This document shows, in pieces, positions 23,934 to 24,993 of a stretch of 24,993 nucleotides of DNA. Under the pieces are notes generated by a model. That model was not told the DNA's origin, made no database searches, and saw only the letters and a program-made list of their open reading frames with translations. The position numbers were made by a program, and so were the translations under genes. Source of the stretch: a virus (Duplodnaviria; Heunggongvirae; Uroviricota; Caudoviricetes); the IMG/VR virus record IMGVR_UViG_2778261537_000018, positions 1-24,993 of that record. One strand, given 5' to 3'. Position 1 is the first letter of the stretch, and the number at the start of each line of letters is the position of its first letter.

Positions 23934-24296
23934 TGGTGGAGCTGGCGGGAGTTGAACCCGCGTCCGAAATTCCTACATCCTCGGTACTACATGCTTAGTC
24001 AGTCTTTACATTCGCTTGCCAGCTGCGGACGGACACGCCACTAACAAACTAGCCTGATTAAGTTTTAACGCTTCAACCCCAGGCAGGGCTTCCACGCGAT
24101 CTCTTTTGGGTTTGACCTCTCTTGATCCCCGTCCTAAGAGCGGAGGCTAGGGAGAGAGGGCTCTAAGCAGGTTATTAAGCTGCTAAAGCGTAGTTTTCGT
24201 CGTTTGCGACTATTTTTTGCGGCTTTTTACGAGGCCAACCGCCCCTCGGCATGCACCTTGGGTTTCGCAAATCCCGTCGAATCCAGAATCAGCCCC
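23934..24296 (-). ncRNA. ssrA: tmRNA (SsrA), intact 363-nt gene
   Basis: Reverse complement reads GGGGCTGATTCTGGATTCGACGGGATTTGCG...TAAAAACTTAATCAGGCTAGTTTGTTAGTGG...GGGTTCAACTCCCGCCAGCTCCACCA, matching E. coli tmRNA as I recall it; lies immediately downstream of smpB on the same strand. Confidence 0.95.
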
Positions 24297-24510
24297 AATG
24301 TGTAAAGGTAAGTATACCAGATTTATGAGCGCCATGACCAGCCTCAATGGCGTTATCGTTAAAGATTTAGCACCCATGTAGCCTGATTTTTATTCGATTA
24401 AGCAATGGGATGGCAACATTTGTGTCGGATGTGATAGCCAATAAGATGTTCATTCGCGCCGCCGGAGAGGGAGGCGCGGTGAGGAACTGGTCAATAATTG
24501 GAGTGCAGGT

Positions 24511-24993
24511 TTAACGGTGGGCGTTTTTCATGATACGTGCTTTATCCACCTGCCATTCGCGTTCTTTGATATCTGAACGTTTATCGTGCTGTTTTTTACC
24601 TTTGGCGACGCCGATTTTCACTTTGCACCAGGCATTTTTCCAGTACAGGGAGAGCGCCACTACGGTATAGCCTTCTCGATTGACGCGACCGTACAATGAG
24701 TCCAGTTCGCGCTGGTTGAGAAGTAACTTGCGGGTACGGGTAGGATCGCACACCACATGCGTGGAGGCCACGGCCATTGGCGTGATGTTAGCGCCAAACA
24801 GAAATGCCTCTCCGTCACGCAGAAGGACGTAGCTGTCGCTGATATTGGCTTTTCCTGCGCGCAGGGATTTAACCTCCCAGCCTTGCAGGGCAAGTCCCGC
24901 TTCGAACTCTTCTTCGATAAAGTATTCGTGACGGGCGCGCTTGTTAAGCGCGATGGTCGCTGAACCAGGTTTATGTGCTTTTTTCTTCGTCAT
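24511..24993 (-). CDS. smpB: SsrA-binding protein SmpB
   Basis: 160-aa [58 protein letters not shown]...NAHR, essentially the E. coli SmpB sequence; start codon is the last three bases of the window. Confidence 0.95.

Noticed and set aside
24297-24510. smpB-ssrA intergenic region considered for a terminator/promoter call
   Set aside because: A GC-rich palindrome is present (around 24455-24480) but lacks a following U-run on the transcribed strand; I could not place -35/-10 elements confidently by eye.
24660-24963. ORFs 24660-24893 (-) and 24757-24963 (+) within smpB
   Set aside because: Embedded in or antisense to the near-identical E. coli SmpB CDS.
1-24993. Scan for CRISPR arrays, tRNA/rRNA genes and IS elements
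   Set aside because: No regularly spaced short direct repeats, no tRNA-like cloverleaf candidates other than the tmRNA, and no transposase-like ORFs or terminal inverted repeats were seen.

Overview
Enterobacterial (E. coli-like) chromosomal segment at the smpB-ssrA integration hotspot, with two integrative elements in tandem next to ssrA. The right edge holds smpB (24511-24993, -) and an intact 363-nt tmRNA gene (23934-24296, -). Element A (about 5436-23933) is a P2/186-family prophage remnant: int, cI, apl-like, cII-like, small ORFs, traR-like, dam, repA, a LexA-box/DinI-like module, portal, terminase, scaffold, capsid and small terminase, then a truncated head-completion gene joined almost directly to ogr. 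Tail and lysis genes are absent. It carries three AT-rich cargo genes: a P-loop kinase/cytidine-deaminase fusion (AvcD/DcdV-like dCTP deaminase architecture), an AIPR-like putative abortive-infection protein between repA and the portal gene, and a small WYL-like/BRCT protein beside ssrA. Element B lies left of a 45-bp ssrA-derived direct repeat (5391-5435) and runs off the window: a P4-type integrase, a small membrane protein, and a convergent AT-rich gene pair encoding a cytoplasmic histidine-kinase-like protein and a receiver-domain protein with a large unrecognisable C-terminal domain. That pair is my best candidate for an undescribed, Detocs-like but distinct, defence system. No CRISPR array, rRNA or tRNA was seen. 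All calls rest on motif recognition by eye and recalled family knowledge; no searches were run.
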